Shown here in pieces: positions 63,892 to 64,000 of a stretch of DNA of 64,000 nt (positions are counted from its first letter, which is position 1; every line of letters starts with the position of its first letter). The stretch spans positions 1 through 64,000 of IMG/VR virus record IMGVR_UViG_3300047322_001237; one strand, given 5' to 3'. Below the pieces are notes generated by a model that did not search any database, was not told where the DNA came from, and was given only the letters and a program-made list of their open reading frames with translations. The position numbers and the translations under genes are program-made.

Positions 63892-64000
63892 TTGGAATCC
63901 TTAATTAATCAGAAAATGACTTAGACTGAATCCCTCACAGGATTCGTTTTCGGACGATCAATTTTTTAATGTCAACTCGTCGGAGGCGAGTAAACAAGTC

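Noticed and set aside
63892-64000. AT-rich end of window as origin or promoter
   Set aside because: Only about 110 bp are visible, with no iterons or clear consensus. It is probably just the upstream region of ORF 63046-63891.

Overview
This 64-kb window is a GC-rich segment of a phiKZ-like nucleus-forming jumbo phage (Chimalliviridae). It is neither bacterial chromosome nor a eukaryotic giant virus. The evidence is a phiKZ-like gene order: gp27/gp28-like virion genes divergent from the tail sheath and tube; prohead protease (gp175-like), gp176/177-like genes, split virion RNA polymerase beta and beta-prime subunits (gp178/gp180-like, with DFDGD), tape measure (gp181-like) and gp182-like; then the gp149-like beta C-terminal subunit, UvsX/RecA, RNase H, central spike, SbcC, four tandem tail-fibre paralogues, a lysis cassette and RuvC. 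The phiKZ gp numbers come from recalled synteny and motifs, not from a search. The most notable extras are: (1) a tail fibre ending in a Hedgehog-type Hint domain plus a basic amphipathic tail; (2) an unannotated 29-aa zinc-ribbon microprotein whose pattern resembles eS31/S27ae; (3) a CYTH protein with prohead-protease-type ALE sites; (4) NADAR (T4 gp30.3-like), SLOG and DUF488-like accessory genes; (5) tandem SPRY domains on a virion protein; (6) a GH19 domain on the tape measure; (7) two apparent spanin pairs; (8) ten CATA-hairpin-TATG intergenic elements, one truncated next to a decayed gene duplicate. No tRNA, rRNA, CRISPR array, integrase or transposase was seen. Most long overlapping ORFs in the track are antisense shadows of GC-biased codons.
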